DNA from: a bacterium
Lineage (GTDB): Bacteria > Omnitrophota > Gorgyraeia > Zapsychrales > Zapsychraceae
Length of the DNA stretch: 64,000 nt
Direction of reading: 5' to 3'
NCBI GenBank assembly: GCA_030429765.1
Contig: JAUIER010000004.1
Span: forward strand, 97,131 to 161,130
A program made the translations under genes and the position numbers. This document shows positions 39,874-49,120 of this stretch, piece by piece. Under the pieces are notes generated by a model. That model did not search any database. It saw only the letters and a list, made by a program, of their open reading frames with translations, and was not told the origin of the DNA. The stretch's first letter is position 1. Every line of letters starts with the position of its first letter.

Positions 39874-41358
39874 CTACGTCTTGGGCCGGGCGTCGACGAT
39901 CCTTTTTTCTTTATTCGCCACTTCGATCTGCAAACGATCTACCATTTCATGAATCGGAATAAATTCCACGCGGTTCGGCGCAACTTCCGTCGACGACACC
40001 ATGTCTCGGCGGATTTGATCGGCCAGCGCGTCTCGATCACATCCCGGCCGTTCACACACATAGACGACGAGTTCATCCACCTCGAATGGATCATTGTCTT
40101 TTTTGCGTATTTCAAGCTGCCACTCCTCAATCATCTCAACATCGGATAAAACAGCCGCAAAGTGATTGAGATTGACCAGTGCCCCTTTGACCTTGGACAG
40201 CTGCAGATCCTTCACATCACTGAGTCGTGAAATATCGCTTGATATGCGCGGAATATACCAGTTTTTATAAGGGCATCGACCATACATGATCCCGCCAATG
40301 ACATAGTCTCCCGTGCGGTAGCGAAGCACTGAACTCGCCCGGGAATCCAGCGCGGTGTAAACCAGCTCACCGTCCTCGCCCTCGGCCTTGACCTCTCCGG
40401 TCTTGGGATCAACGACCTCAAAGATTTCCTTGTCCGGATACAGATGATATCCGCTGGATTCATCCAGTGGAGTCGGGCTTTCCGCCCATGCGCATCGCGC
40501 TTCCGTAAATCCGTAAGTCCCAAAGATCGAAACATCCGTAGCGCCCATTGATTCCAGCAGCGACGCCAGCTTTTGTTTGAATCCGCGCGTCACCTTGGAT
40601 GCTCCCAGAACAACGCGCTTTACGAAGCTCAAATCACACTTCTGTTCCGCCGCGACCCTGAGGACATGATACACATAACTAGGCACACCCAATACCAGCG
40701 TCGGACGCATCTTGGTCAACGCCTTGATATTCCCGTCGGTGCCAAGCGTCTTTCCACCGCCGGTACTCAGCGACAGATTGCAGGCGGCAAAACCGCCGAA
40801 GACCACCTGCCAAAAGGCCAAATGCGGCGCATATGGAAAAATATTCAAGACTTTTTGGTCCGGCTTGACGTCAAACAACTGCATCATCCGCCCACCCGAC
40901 ATGTATAAGTTCTCGATGTCGTGATTGGTATACAAAAATGGGGTCGGCTTGTTGGTTGTTCCCGTCGTGTACGTGACAAAGACCGGCCGAAATTCCTTGG
41001 CCAATCGGTGCTCGACACGTTCTTTGCCGTGTAAAATCTTCTGCGCTGCCAGCCTCGCCAGTTTACCCGTGGGCCAGGCCTTCTTGATCTTCTCGGCATC
41101 CGGCTGCAGCATAAAGTCTTTGAATTTGTCCGTTGTATGCTCGGTATCGATCAGGTCCAGCTTGGAAGTGAACGGAATACGTCTCAAGTCTGCCACCGTC
41201 TTGATCGACCTCGGATCAATTTTATTATCGTCAAATAGCTTTTTATAGTGAGGACTGAACGGATACAGGTATTCATTGATGAATGAATGGAGCTTTCGAT
41301 TCTGCAATGTCCCAATATCTTCCCGGCTCAACGCAGCCAGCTGCTTCCAGGAGTACAT
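39874..41358 (-). CDS. Phenylacetate-CoA-ligase-like (PaaK/ANL) AMP-binding protein
   Basis: IPFT.K.DL, TTGTT.KP, YGFTE, GELVYT, LRYRTGD and KG..V motifs. Confidence 0.75.
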   Translation of the reverse strand: MYSWKQLAALSREDIGTLQNRKLHSFINEYLYPFSPHYKKLFDDNKIDPRSIKTVADLRRIPFTSKLDLIDTEHTTDKFKDFMLQPDAEKIKKAWPTGKLARLAAQKILHGKERVEHRLAKEFRPVFVTYTTGTTNKPTPFLYTNHDIENLYMSGGRMMQLFDVKPDQKVLNIFPYAPHLAFWQVVFGGFAACNLSLSTGGGKTLGTDGNIKALTKMRPTLVLGVPSYVYHVLRVAAEQKCDLSFVKRVVLGASKVTRGFKQKLASLLESMGATDVSIFGTYGFTEARCAWAESPTPLDESSGYHLYPDKEIFEVVDPKTGEVKAEGEDGELVYTALDSRASSVLRYRTGDYVIGGIMYGRCPYKNWYIPRISSDISRLSDVKDLQLSKVKGALVNLNHFAAVLSDVEMIEEWQLEIRKKDNDPFEVDELVVYVCERPGCDRDALADQIRRDMVSSTEVAPNRVEFIPIHEMVDRLQIEVANKEKRIVDARPKT

Positions 41359-41515
41359 AAATTGCGTGCCTTTCGTGAGTTATAGATATTGACTATGTAA
41401 TAATTATAGCGGATGCCGGACGGCAAACAATGAAAAATAAGACAATTTAATATTTTCGGGCGGGTTTGAATTCGCACATCAGCCGCGAATACAGCTCAAA
41501 TCTCGAGCTAAACTG

Positions 41516-41710
41516 CTACTTTTTGACGAATTTTTTGTAGAGATAACAGGTCAGACAAAAACCTTGAAACGCGGATATCAGGAATAAGACACCAAGGGTT
41601 AATGAGACCCATCGCCCCCACGGCACAAAAAAAGCACCGATCAATAAAACAGCAAAAAGCGTCCGGGTGAAAACCTCCTCGGACGGCATCTGACTCACGC
41701 GTCTAAACAT
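41516..41710 (-). CDS. Small two-TM membrane protein (DUF2892/YgaP-like)
   Basis: 64 aa, two hydrophobic segments, GFC..CYLY tail; AAGGA SD. Confidence 0.6.
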   Translation of the reverse strand: MFRRVSQMPSEEVFTRTLFAVLLIGAFFVPWGRWVSLTLGVLFLISAFQGFCLTCYLYKKFVKK

Positions 41711-41742
41711 AATCCTTCCCCTGTCCGCGACAACGACGTGAT

Positions 41743-42513
41743 TTACAATGAAATCGTTTCATCGCGATAGATATACTTTTGCTGGTCTTTCAGCTGACTG
41801 GCGGCCGCCGCGTCCAGTAAAAACGTCAGCTCCCCGTTGGTGGGCTGAACTTGCGTGGCCGGAAATGGCTCTTTGTCCTCGATCACCCGACGGACAATAT
41901 CGGCCTTGTTCTTCCCCGCCACCATAAAATACACATGCCGGGCATTATTGAGCACCGGCAAGGTCAAACTGATGCGTTCATACTTGAGGTGATTTTCATT
42001 AACCGGCATGGTGAGCCGATACGGCGCATCAATACCTTCGGTCTGCGGGAAGAGCGAAGCGGTATGTCCGTCCTCCCCCAAACCCAGCACAACCAGGTCG
42101 ATAATCGGCAAACGGTTTTGATCGAGGGTGAAAAATCCCACAAGCCGATTTTTATACTCCTCGGCGGCAATACCGACGGTCTGAACATTGGTCGGGATGG
42201 GATAGATGTTTTCCGGCGGAATCTTCACATAGTTCAGGAGATTATCCCGAATCAGCCTGAAATTATTGTCCTTGTCCTCCGCATCGACAAAGCGCTCATC
42301 CGTCATAAAGATATGCACGCGTGACCAGAGCTCAAAGTCCTGTTCGGCGGACAGCAGATTATAAAACTCCACCGGTGTTCGCCCACCGGAGAAGGCACAG
42401 CTGAAACGGCTGGTCCGCTGAATATAATCAGTGGCCGTCTGAATCCATTGCGTGACCAAATAGGCCGACAATTTATGGAGGTTTTCAAATATGATAATTT
42501 TCGGTTCCGACAT
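41743..42513 (-). CDS. pgl: 6-phosphogluconolactonase
   Basis: SGGRTP, DERFV, LGLGEDGHTASLFP, RISLT and GKNKA motifs; ATG 42513 after AGGAG. Confidence 0.93.
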   Translation of the reverse strand: MSEPKIIIFENLHKLSAYLVTQWIQTATDYIQRTSRFSCAFSGGRTPVEFYNLLSAEQDFELWSRVHIFMTDERFVDAEDKDNNFRLIRDNLLNYVKIPPENIYPIPTNVQTVGIAAEEYKNRLVGFFTLDQNRLPIIDLVVLGLGEDGHTASLFPQTEGIDAPYRLTMPVNENHLKYERISLTLPVLNNARHVYFMVAGKNKADIVRRVIEDKEPFPATQVQPTNGELTFLLDAAAASQLKDQQKYIYRDETISL

Positions 42514-42529
42514 GTCTGTGTTCTCCTGG

Positions 42530-43462
42530 CTACATTTCACTGCAGGACGCGCCCTGCGCGAAACATGAATAACATCGATGGTGTTTCATCATCACCCGGA
42601 CCTTCATCGCCTCGCTTAGCGTACCGCCCAAATCATAGTCCGGATCATCGTCGACAAGGGTACACGCGTAAACCCGCATGCGGCCGTTGTGTTTAACAAC
42701 CATCTTACTGAAATTACACATAAACCGACTGCGCGACTCTTCATCGTGATAGTGTGTCATACAATGTTCTGTGATGTGCGGCACACTGGCAATCGATCCC
42801 GGTGTTAGGAAATCCGGAAAACTCACGATCCGGGTATCCGACGGCACACCTGCCTGCCGGAAATACGTCTGATATTCGCGGTCAACTTGAGCCACATCCT
42901 CATCGGCCATTCGATGACGGGCGATTGAAATCGCGAATCCCAATTCATGCAACTGACGCATGGTCTCCAGGCTCAGGAAAAAATTACCCTGCCCGCGTCC
43001 GGCATCGTGTTTGGCCGGGTCGGGAAAATCAAAACTGATCCGAAAACTCAAGGGATGCGGTTTGTCTCTGAATGGTTCTAAATCTTTCAGCCGCAACTTC
43101 AGCGGATTGGTGGCATTGGAAAGCACCAGGCAAGGCCGTTTATCCAGGGCATAATCGAGAATCTTGATCATGTCCCGGATCACAAATGGTTCGCCGCCGG
43201 TAAATGAAAATCGTTCCACCCCCAACGGCAACGCCTCATCGATAAACGGGATAACATCTTCCAATGAAACCTTGTTGAGCCGATCGTCACCCGGTTTAGA
43301 TCCTTCCAGGCAAAAAGGACAACTCAGGTTACAGATTGTCCCGGTGTGAAACCATAATTCTTTGAGATATTGCGGCTGGATGTATCCGCGCGGGTCGTGC
43401 TGGGGAGTTTGCAGCCAATCTTTGTTGGAAATATGATGAACCGTTTGGATCGGGCTGCTCAA
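42530..43462 (-). CDS. Radical SAM protein of unknown function with a Cys-rich C-terminus
   Basis: LWFHTGTICNLSCPFC, FTGGEP, MC...KM...YACTL and HHRCYSC..GASC motifs; TTG start after GAGG. Confidence 0.85.
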   Translation of the reverse strand: MSSPIQTVHHISNKDWLQTPQHDPRGYIQPQYLKELWFHTGTICNLSCPFCLEGSKPGDDRLNKVSLEDVIPFIDEALPLGVERFSFTGGEPFVIRDMIKILDYALDKRPCLVLSNATNPLKLRLKDLEPFRDKPHPLSFRISFDFPDPAKHDAGRGQGNFFLSLETMRQLHELGFAISIARHRMADEDVAQVDREYQTYFRQAGVPSDTRIVSFPDFLTPGSIASVPHITEHCMTHYHDEESRSRFMCNFSKMVVKHNGRMRVYACTLVDDDPDYDLGGTLSEAMKVRVMMKHHRCYSCFAQGASCSEM

Positions 43463-43475
43463 GTGAAAACCTCAA

Positions 43476-44606
43476 TTAAACAGTTAACTGTTCGGCCTTT
43501 TTCTCGACGGAGGACAGCAATTCTTCGAACGCCTGGTCAAAGGCAACGCATCCATCTTCCAGAAGCTTGGCATTGATGGCCGTCAGATTGATTCCATGCT
43601 GCTGGAGTTTATCGACGATGGCGCGCGAATCCGCCACGTCATCATTAAAGGCCTCCGCGACAACACCATGGTCCAAGAAGGCCGCTAACGTCGGCTCCGG
43701 CACGGTGTTCACTGTCGGGCGGGCGATCAGCTCCGTAATGTACTTAATATCGCTGTACGCCGGATTTTTGGTACTGGTGGATCCCCAGAGCACACGCTGC
43801 ACGTTGCCCCCTTTACCTGCCAATGCCTTGAATTCATCCGTCGCGAACAACTCTTGATACCGGTCAAAAATAATACGTGAGTTAGCCACCGCCGCCTTGC
43901 CTTTTAATGCTTCTAACGCCTGCCGTTCCCCGTCGTTGGAACAAGCCGCGATCTGATCATCAAGCTCCTTATCAACCGCCGAGTCAATCCGGCTGATAAA
44001 AACACTCGCCACCGAATGCACAGCCGAGATGTCTCCCCCGCTGTCCAGACGACGCTTTAGTCCGCGCTGAAAGGCCAGCGCCGTTTGCTCGTATTGATGC
44101 AGAGAAAAAATCAGCGTCGCGTTGACATTGATTCCCAAGGCGATGAGTTCCTCAATCACCGAAAATCCGGCCTCGGTCGACGGCACTTTAATCATGACGT
44201 TTGGACGGTTGACCTTTTGAAACAGCCGGACACCTTCGTTTTTTTGTTCCTCCAGCTTCCGCGCGAGCAGCGGATTGATCTCCAAGCTCACATACCCATC
44301 CAGGCCTTTTGTTTGCTCGTATGTCGCCTTGAAACAATCGGCCGCGTCCTGAATATCCTTGATCGTCAATTCGTCATAAATCTCAAAGGTGGACCGCCCC
44401 TCGGACTTAAGCTTGATGATGGCCTGATCGTAGTCATTACTGGACCCGATAGCCTTGTTAAAAATAGACGGATTAGATGTCATACCCCGCAATCCATTGT
44501 CGATGCGGCTTTTCAATTCACCATTTTCCAGCATGGGACGGTTAATATAGTCCAGCCAGATGCTTTGACCGTATTCGGCTAACTGTTGAATGGTTGATTT
44601 GGACAC
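43476..44606 (-). CDS. tal: Transaldolase (type 2, cyanobacterial/actinobacterial-like)
   Basis: GQSIWLD, GMTSNPSIF, GYVSLE, NVMIKVP, NVNATLIFS, SVASVFISR and QRVLWGSTSTKNP motifs. Confidence 0.95.
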   Translation of the reverse strand: MSKSTIQQLAEYGQSIWLDYINRPMLENGELKSRIDNGLRGMTSNPSIFNKAIGSSNDYDQAIIKLKSEGRSTFEIYDELTIKDIQDAADCFKATYEQTKGLDGYVSLEINPLLARKLEEQKNEGVRLFQKVNRPNVMIKVPSTEAGFSVIEELIALGINVNATLIFSLHQYEQTALAFQRGLKRRLDSGGDISAVHSVASVFISRIDSAVDKELDDQIAACSNDGERQALEALKGKAAVANSRIIFDRYQELFATDEFKALAGKGGNVQRVLWGSTSTKNPAYSDIKYITELIARPTVNTVPEPTLAAFLDHGVVAEAFNDDVADSRAIVDKLQQHGINLTAINAKLLEDGCVAFDQAFEELLSSVEKKAEQLTV

Positions 44607-44660
44607 CTAAACCTCCTTACGTTTATTCAACACGTAAATGTAATTGATATTCAAAATTGC

Positions 44661-45620
44661 CTAAGACCCGGAGACAACCTGAGACTTTCGGGCGATGGCC
44701 TTCTTGGCCGCATCAGCTATATTGGACGCCTTGAGCCCGTAATGCTCCATGAGCTGCTGCGGCGTTCCCGACTGACCAAATGTGTCATTGACCGCCACAA
44801 ATTCCATTGGGACAGGTACAGTGCGAACCACCACTTCCGCGACGGCGCTGCATAACCCGCCATACATTTGATGCTCTTCCCCGACAACAATCGCGCCGGT
44901 CTCCTCGGCCGCCTTGACGATCGCATCCTGATCGATCGGCTTAATCGTGTGCATATTGATCACGCGGGCGTCAATTCCGTCTTTTTTCAATAGCTCGGCC
45001 GCATCCAGTGATTCCTGGACCAATAAACCGCAGCCGATGAGCGTGACATCCGCGCCATCGCGCAACATATTCGCCTTGCCAATTTCAAACGTATCATCCG
45101 CCTTGGTTAACACCGGAAAAGGCGCCCGGGACGTGCGCATATACATCGGGCCGTATTCGCGGGTAAAAATCCGTGTGGCCTTGCGGGCCTCCATCTCATC
45201 GACCGGACAAACCACTTTGATATTAGGCAGGACTCGCATCAACGCGAAATCTTCCAAGCACTGAGCCGACGCTCCATCTTCACCAACTGTAACTCCCGCG
45301 TGCGAACAGATAACTTTGACATTGCGATCGTTGTAACACAAATCCAGACGCAATTGATCGTACGCCCGGTTTGTCATAAAAACAGCAAACGAATTGATGA
45401 ATGGAATAAATCCGTGAAACGCCAACCCCGCGGCGGTCCCGACCATATCCTGCTCGGCGATGCCGCATGAAAAAAACCGGTCCGGAAATTCATTCTTGAA
45501 ATACTCCGCACGCGTGGCATCCTCCAGGTCAGCCGATACAACCACCACTTTATCGTTTTCCCGGCCGATCTCGACCAGCTCTTTCCCGAACCCGTCCCGA
45601 GTTGCTATCATTTCGCTCAT
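44661..45620 (-). CDS. tkt: Transketolase, C-terminal subunit (split type)
   Basis: ATRDGFG, GIAEQ, RAYDQ, GEDGASAQ, TIKPID, EEH...GGL and DTFG.SG motifs. Confidence 0.93.
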   Translation of the reverse strand: MSEMIATRDGFGKELVEIGRENDKVVVVSADLEDATRAEYFKNEFPDRFFSCGIAEQDMVGTAAGLAFHGFIPFINSFAVFMTNRAYDQLRLDLCYNDRNVKVICSHAGVTVGEDGASAQCLEDFALMRVLPNIKVVCPVDEMEARKATRIFTREYGPMYMRTSRAPFPVLTKADDTFEIGKANMLRDGADVTLIGCGLLVQESLDAAELLKKDGIDARVINMHTIKPIDQDAIVKAAEETGAIVVGEEHQMYGGLCSAVAEVVVRTVPVPMEFVAVNDTFGQSGTPQQLMEHYGLKASNIADAAKKAIARKSQVVSGS

Positions 45621-45681
45621 CTAATTTTCCTTTTCATTTGCATTAAGCTTGATTCTCATAAATTACCGTGATACCACCGCC

Positions 45682-46494
45682 CTAGACCAGCTCGGCCAAG
45701 GCCTCTTTCAGTTGATCGGCGTTCGGCGCCTTGCCATGCCAATTACGCTCGCCTTCCATAAACGAAACACCCTTACCCTTGATGGTGTGTGCCAAGATCA
45801 CATACGGCTTACCTTTGTTCTTTTCGAAATCATCTAAGGCCTGAATCAGCTGTTTGAAATTGTGCCCAATCACTTCTTTGACCTCCCAGCCAAAACTCCG
45901 CCATTTATCCGCCAAAGGTTCCAGGTTTTTAATATCATTTGTCGGACCGTTTTCCTGAACTTTGTTATAGTCAACAATCGCACAGACATTGTCGAGCTCC
46001 CGATGGGACGCATGCATCGCCGCCTCCCAGACCGAACCTTCCTGTATCTCACCGTCGCCCATCAGACAGTACACATTAGAATCATTCTTGAGCATCTTAT
46101 TACCGATCGCGATCCCGTTGGCCACCGACAACCCATGTCCAAGCGAACCGGTATTGAACTCCACACCGGGAACCTTGACATGCACATGGCCTTGTAAGAT
46201 ACTGCCGAACTTTCGAAATTTGGGTAATTCATCCTTGGAAAAATATCCGTAATTGGCGAGCGTCACATAGACAGCGGGTGTCACGTGACCTTTGGAGACA
46301 ATCAAATAATCACGCCCGTCCCATTGCGGGTCGTCGGGCTTGTGTTTCATTTTGTAATCGTATAATGAAATTAAAATTTCAACGGCGGAAAGAGATCCGC
46401 CGGGATGACCGGATCCGGCCGCGTGAATGGTTTCGAGTATTTCTCGTCGGAACAACTTGGCTTTTTCGCGCAACTCCTCGATATTCGTATTCAT
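45682..46494 (-). CDS. tkt: Transketolase, N-terminal subunit (split type)
   Basis: SGHPGGSLS, SKGH, LQGH, TGSLGHG, GDGE.QEG..WEA and T.KGKGV motifs; ATG 46494 after AGGAG. Confidence 0.93.
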   Translation of the reverse strand: MNTNIEELREKAKLFRREILETIHAAGSGHPGGSLSAVEILISLYDYKMKHKPDDPQWDGRDYLIVSKGHVTPAVYVTLANYGYFSKDELPKFRKFGSILQGHVHVKVPGVEFNTGSLGHGLSVANGIAIGNKMLKNDSNVYCLMGDGEIQEGSVWEAAMHASHRELDNVCAIVDYNKVQENGPTNDIKNLEPLADKWRSFGWEVKEVIGHNFKQLIQALDDFEKNKGKPYVILAHTIKGKGVSFMEGERNWHGKAPNADQLKEALAELV

Positions 46495-46551
46495 GAAAAC
46501 TCCTGTCGGATTAGCAGCGCCGTTCACACGGCCGTGCGTCAAAGAAATTTA

Positions 46552-46627
46552 TGGTGGGCCATGCAGGACTCGAACCTGCCGCCCTCTGATTAAGAGTCAG
46601 ATGCTCTACCGGATGAGCTAATGGCCC
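46552..46627 (-). tRNA. tRNA-Lys (anticodon CTT)
   Basis: Reverse complement GGGCCAT-TA-GCTC...GAGC-A-TCTGA-CT[CTT]AA-TCAGA-GGGCG-GCAGG-TTCGAGT-CCTGC-ATGGCCC-ACCA forms a full 76-nt cloverleaf with encoded CCA. Confidence 0.97.
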
Positions 46628-46997
46628 AGAAATTTTTTGGATTTTCCCGTCACGTACCAAGACTTACGTCAAACATTTATTCGCCAACACAAAGAAGCGC
46701 GCCTTAAACAAAGACGCACTTGGTTTGGGCTTTTGACGTTAAAGTGGGATAAATGCTATACATGCGTGGTTAACCTGCGAATATTTATATCAGACTTGCC
46801 ATGAGCTGTAAAGCAGAAATACAAGGAATCAAACGGTTTTCGACCTGCCTAGAAAATAGTCACTGCATTTGGCGACTGATCCCGTCCACGCGCGGACTGA
46901 CCTGATCGACCCGGCCATAAAAATGGCCCCGTAGCTGTCCAATTTTTCACTTTCATGGACAAACCCGAGGCCCAAAATTGATACTTACGTCACACGG

Positions 46998-47282
46998 TTA
47001 CCGGTGTGAGGCAAACGGAAACGTCAAGATATTGACCACACCCGTAATAGTCTTGCTTACCGCTGTATCCGCGCCTTCGACGAGCCCAAAAAACAGGGCG
47101 CAAATCTTGTCATCTGACGAATTGACACGGTCTGATGTATGCGTGAAAAACCCGGCCGGAGCCGTGATAATATCCTGGACGCCCGACGCCAATTTTTCCG
47201 CCGAGGCATTGTGCGCATGCGCCGTTGACAAACCCGCCACCGATATAACAATCGTCACCACCAATATACTGAAAATTTTCAT
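46998..47282 (-). CDS. Small secreted protein, TIGR04073 (exosortase-associated)-like
   Basis: Signal peptide ending in AHA; KLASGVQDI.TAP...GLVEG...TITGVVNILTFP pattern resembles this family as recalled. Confidence 0.55.
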   Translation of the reverse strand: MKIFSILVVTIVISVAGLSTAHAHNASAEKLASGVQDIITAPAGFFTHTSDRVNSSDDKICALFFGLVEGADTAVSKTITGVVNILTFPFASHR

Positions 47283-47395
47283 GCTGATCTCCTTCGCTGT
47301 CTGCGCGTTGATGTTGTATCTATGCCTTCATCATACTGCATTCCCGGATACGGTCAATATGACACCCCTGGACACACCAGGACAGGATGGGTCCC

Positions 47396-47431
47396 AAAAA
47401 AAAGCCGTCTGAATCGCTCCAGACGGCTTTT
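47396..47431 (-). terminator. Intrinsic terminator after the 47450-48142 gene
   Basis: AAAGCCGTCTG-N8-CAGACGGCTTT perfect stem; U8 tail on the minus strand. Confidence 0.8.
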
Positions 47432-47449
47432 GTATGCTCATTTTTAATG

Positions 47450-48142
47450 TTACGGTTTAATGCGCTTCTTGATCTTCATCGTCTTCATCTCCAGATCGCC
47501 TTCCTTGGCGGTAAGCGTCATATCCACAACAACAGTCTCATCGGTCCCGACATCTTTAAATTTCAACGTACAGATATAAAGAACACCAAAGTTCCTGACC
47601 TTCTCATCCATCTCAATCAGCTCAAGCTGACGTAATTTTTCAGTCTTGGGATCAAAAAGTCCATACGTTCCGGTGAACTTGGATTTCTTTTCGATATGCG
47701 CCTTCATTGCCTCTTTGGCCTCTTCCGGCGTGTACTTCTTTTTTTCCGCCTTTTCTTTGGCCTTTTTCGGCGCCGCTTTTAGTTTACCAATCTCGACATC
47801 GTCGACGATGAGTTCCCCGCCCTCGTTCATAAAATGAAACTCCAGTTCAAGGATGTCACCGCTGTTGATGTCCCGAAAATCTCCTTTGACCCGATACTTA
47901 TCGTCGTCGGGCTCAAATGTTTTTTCATTCAGGTTAATCAAACGTAGATTACGGACTTTATCGATCTTTGAATCGTATAGATCGAGACTTCCCGAAATAC
48001 GAATTTTCGACTTAAGGTATTCGTCGACCGACTTCTGCGCGTCTTTGTATTCCTGAGCCGCGACAGCCTGCACGCCGACAAAACCTATGCTCATAGCCAA
48101 TACACAAACGGCTACAGATAATTTACTCATCAAACCTTTCAT
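47450..48142 (-). CDS. Secreted protein with two tandem copies of an unknown ~85-aa domain
   Basis: Signal peptide; G.(L/Y).L(Y/F)D.K..K.R.L.L....EK pattern occurs twice, joined by a K/A/E linker; AAGGAG SD. Confidence 0.75.
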   Translation of the reverse strand: MKGLMSKLSVAVCVLAMSIGFVGVQAVAAQEYKDAQKSVDEYLKSKIRISGSLDLYDSKIDKVRNLRLINLNEKTFEPDDDKYRVKGDFRDINSGDILELEFHFMNEGGELIVDDVEIGKLKAAPKKAKEKAEKKKYTPEEAKEAMKAHIEKKSKFTGTYGLFDPKTEKLRQLELIEMDEKVRNFGVLYICTLKFKDVGTDETVVVDMTLTAKEGDLEMKTMKIKKRIKP

Positions 48143-48258
48143 AGAGACTCCTTTGATTCCTTGGGGGCGTTAATATCAAAATGTGACACCATTATACCAA
48201 ATGCAACAAAATTTGCACAAAAATATTCGGAATGGACCTGTGATGGGAAGGTGGATCA

Positions 48259-48840
48259 CTACGGGGTGGCCCGAGTGATATCGATCGGCGATTCTTTCAT
48301 CGCCTGCATTGTCGGCACCGTGTTTTGCTGATAGATGCTTGTCAGAAGCTCCTTATGCTCCTGATTCTCGGCATGTACTTGGGAATACACGCCATAGCCG
48401 GCCTTGATGATGGCGGCATTTAGAAACGTCACATATTTGTGCTCGCCCCAGTCTTCAACGATGTCATCGACACGGTAATCATCCTTGAACTCGAGCGCCT
48501 GCTTTACATTCTTTTCGGGGTACAGAAACCAGGCATACGCCAGGATATTACCCTCTTCATCCCGCTCCCGGACATCTAGCTGCAAATCGGCTTTGGCCCC
48601 GCTGACGAGACTTCTCACATATGCAGCGGCTTCCAGCCGGTTATTGGTAACGCGCTTGCGTTCGCTGAGCGACATGTCCGGTCGAATTTCAGGGATTTCT
48701 ACACCAATCAGTCGGACGGTTTCCCCATTTAAAAGGCGGAGCGTGTTGCCGTTCACGACCTCTTGAATAAAGAACATCTCGGCGTGAGCAGCCGGTGCCA
48801 GAAAGCAAAAAACCATGAATGTGAGCATCAATCTCTTCAT
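48259..48840 (-). CDS. Secreted thermonuclease (SNase)-fold protein with a degenerate active site
   Basis: Signal peptide ending in AHA; VVNGNTL, VRLIGVEIPE, DEEGNILAY and FLNA.IIKAGY align to SNase motifs. Confidence 0.75.
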   Translation of the reverse strand: MKRLMLTFMVFCFLAPAAHAEMFFIQEVVNGNTLRLLNGETVRLIGVEIPEIRPDMSLSERKRVTNNRLEAAAYVRSLVSGAKADLQLDVRERDEEGNILAYAWFLYPEKNVKQALEFKDDYRVDDIVEDWGEHKYVTFLNAAIIKAGYGVYSQVHAENQEHKELLTSIYQQNTVPTMQAMKESPIDITRATP

Positions 48841-49120
48841 GGTTCAAGTATAGACTATATTTTCGAAAAAACAGGGGGCGACAAGAAAATAATAGAAACC
48901 GCTTTCTTTGACCCAAGTCCTTTATGTATCAAGGAGTTAGCGTAAGCGCGATCAACTGATTATATAAACCATTGATATAGAACAATTTAAGGGATATTAC
49001 TTCATCCCAACAGATCCGCCGAATCGGTCAATTAGGCCGATATTCACCCTGATTTTTTTTCGGCAGAAGGACAAATTTTTCCTGATTCTTCCATGATATC
49101 GCAGGTATCAGCCCGGTCGG

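Noticed and set aside
42530-43462. Selenocysteine-containing ArsS-type radical SAM enzyme
   Set aside because: No in-frame TGA, the N-terminal motif differs, and no arsenic-related neighbours are present.
47404-47413. Neisseria DNA uptake sequence GCCGTCTGAA in a terminator arm; also noticed at 42434-42443 and, reversed, at 14428-14437
   Set aside because: Only three copies were noticed by eye in 64 kb, two inside coding sequence, far below the density of true DUS genomes. A genome-wide 10-mer count would settle it.
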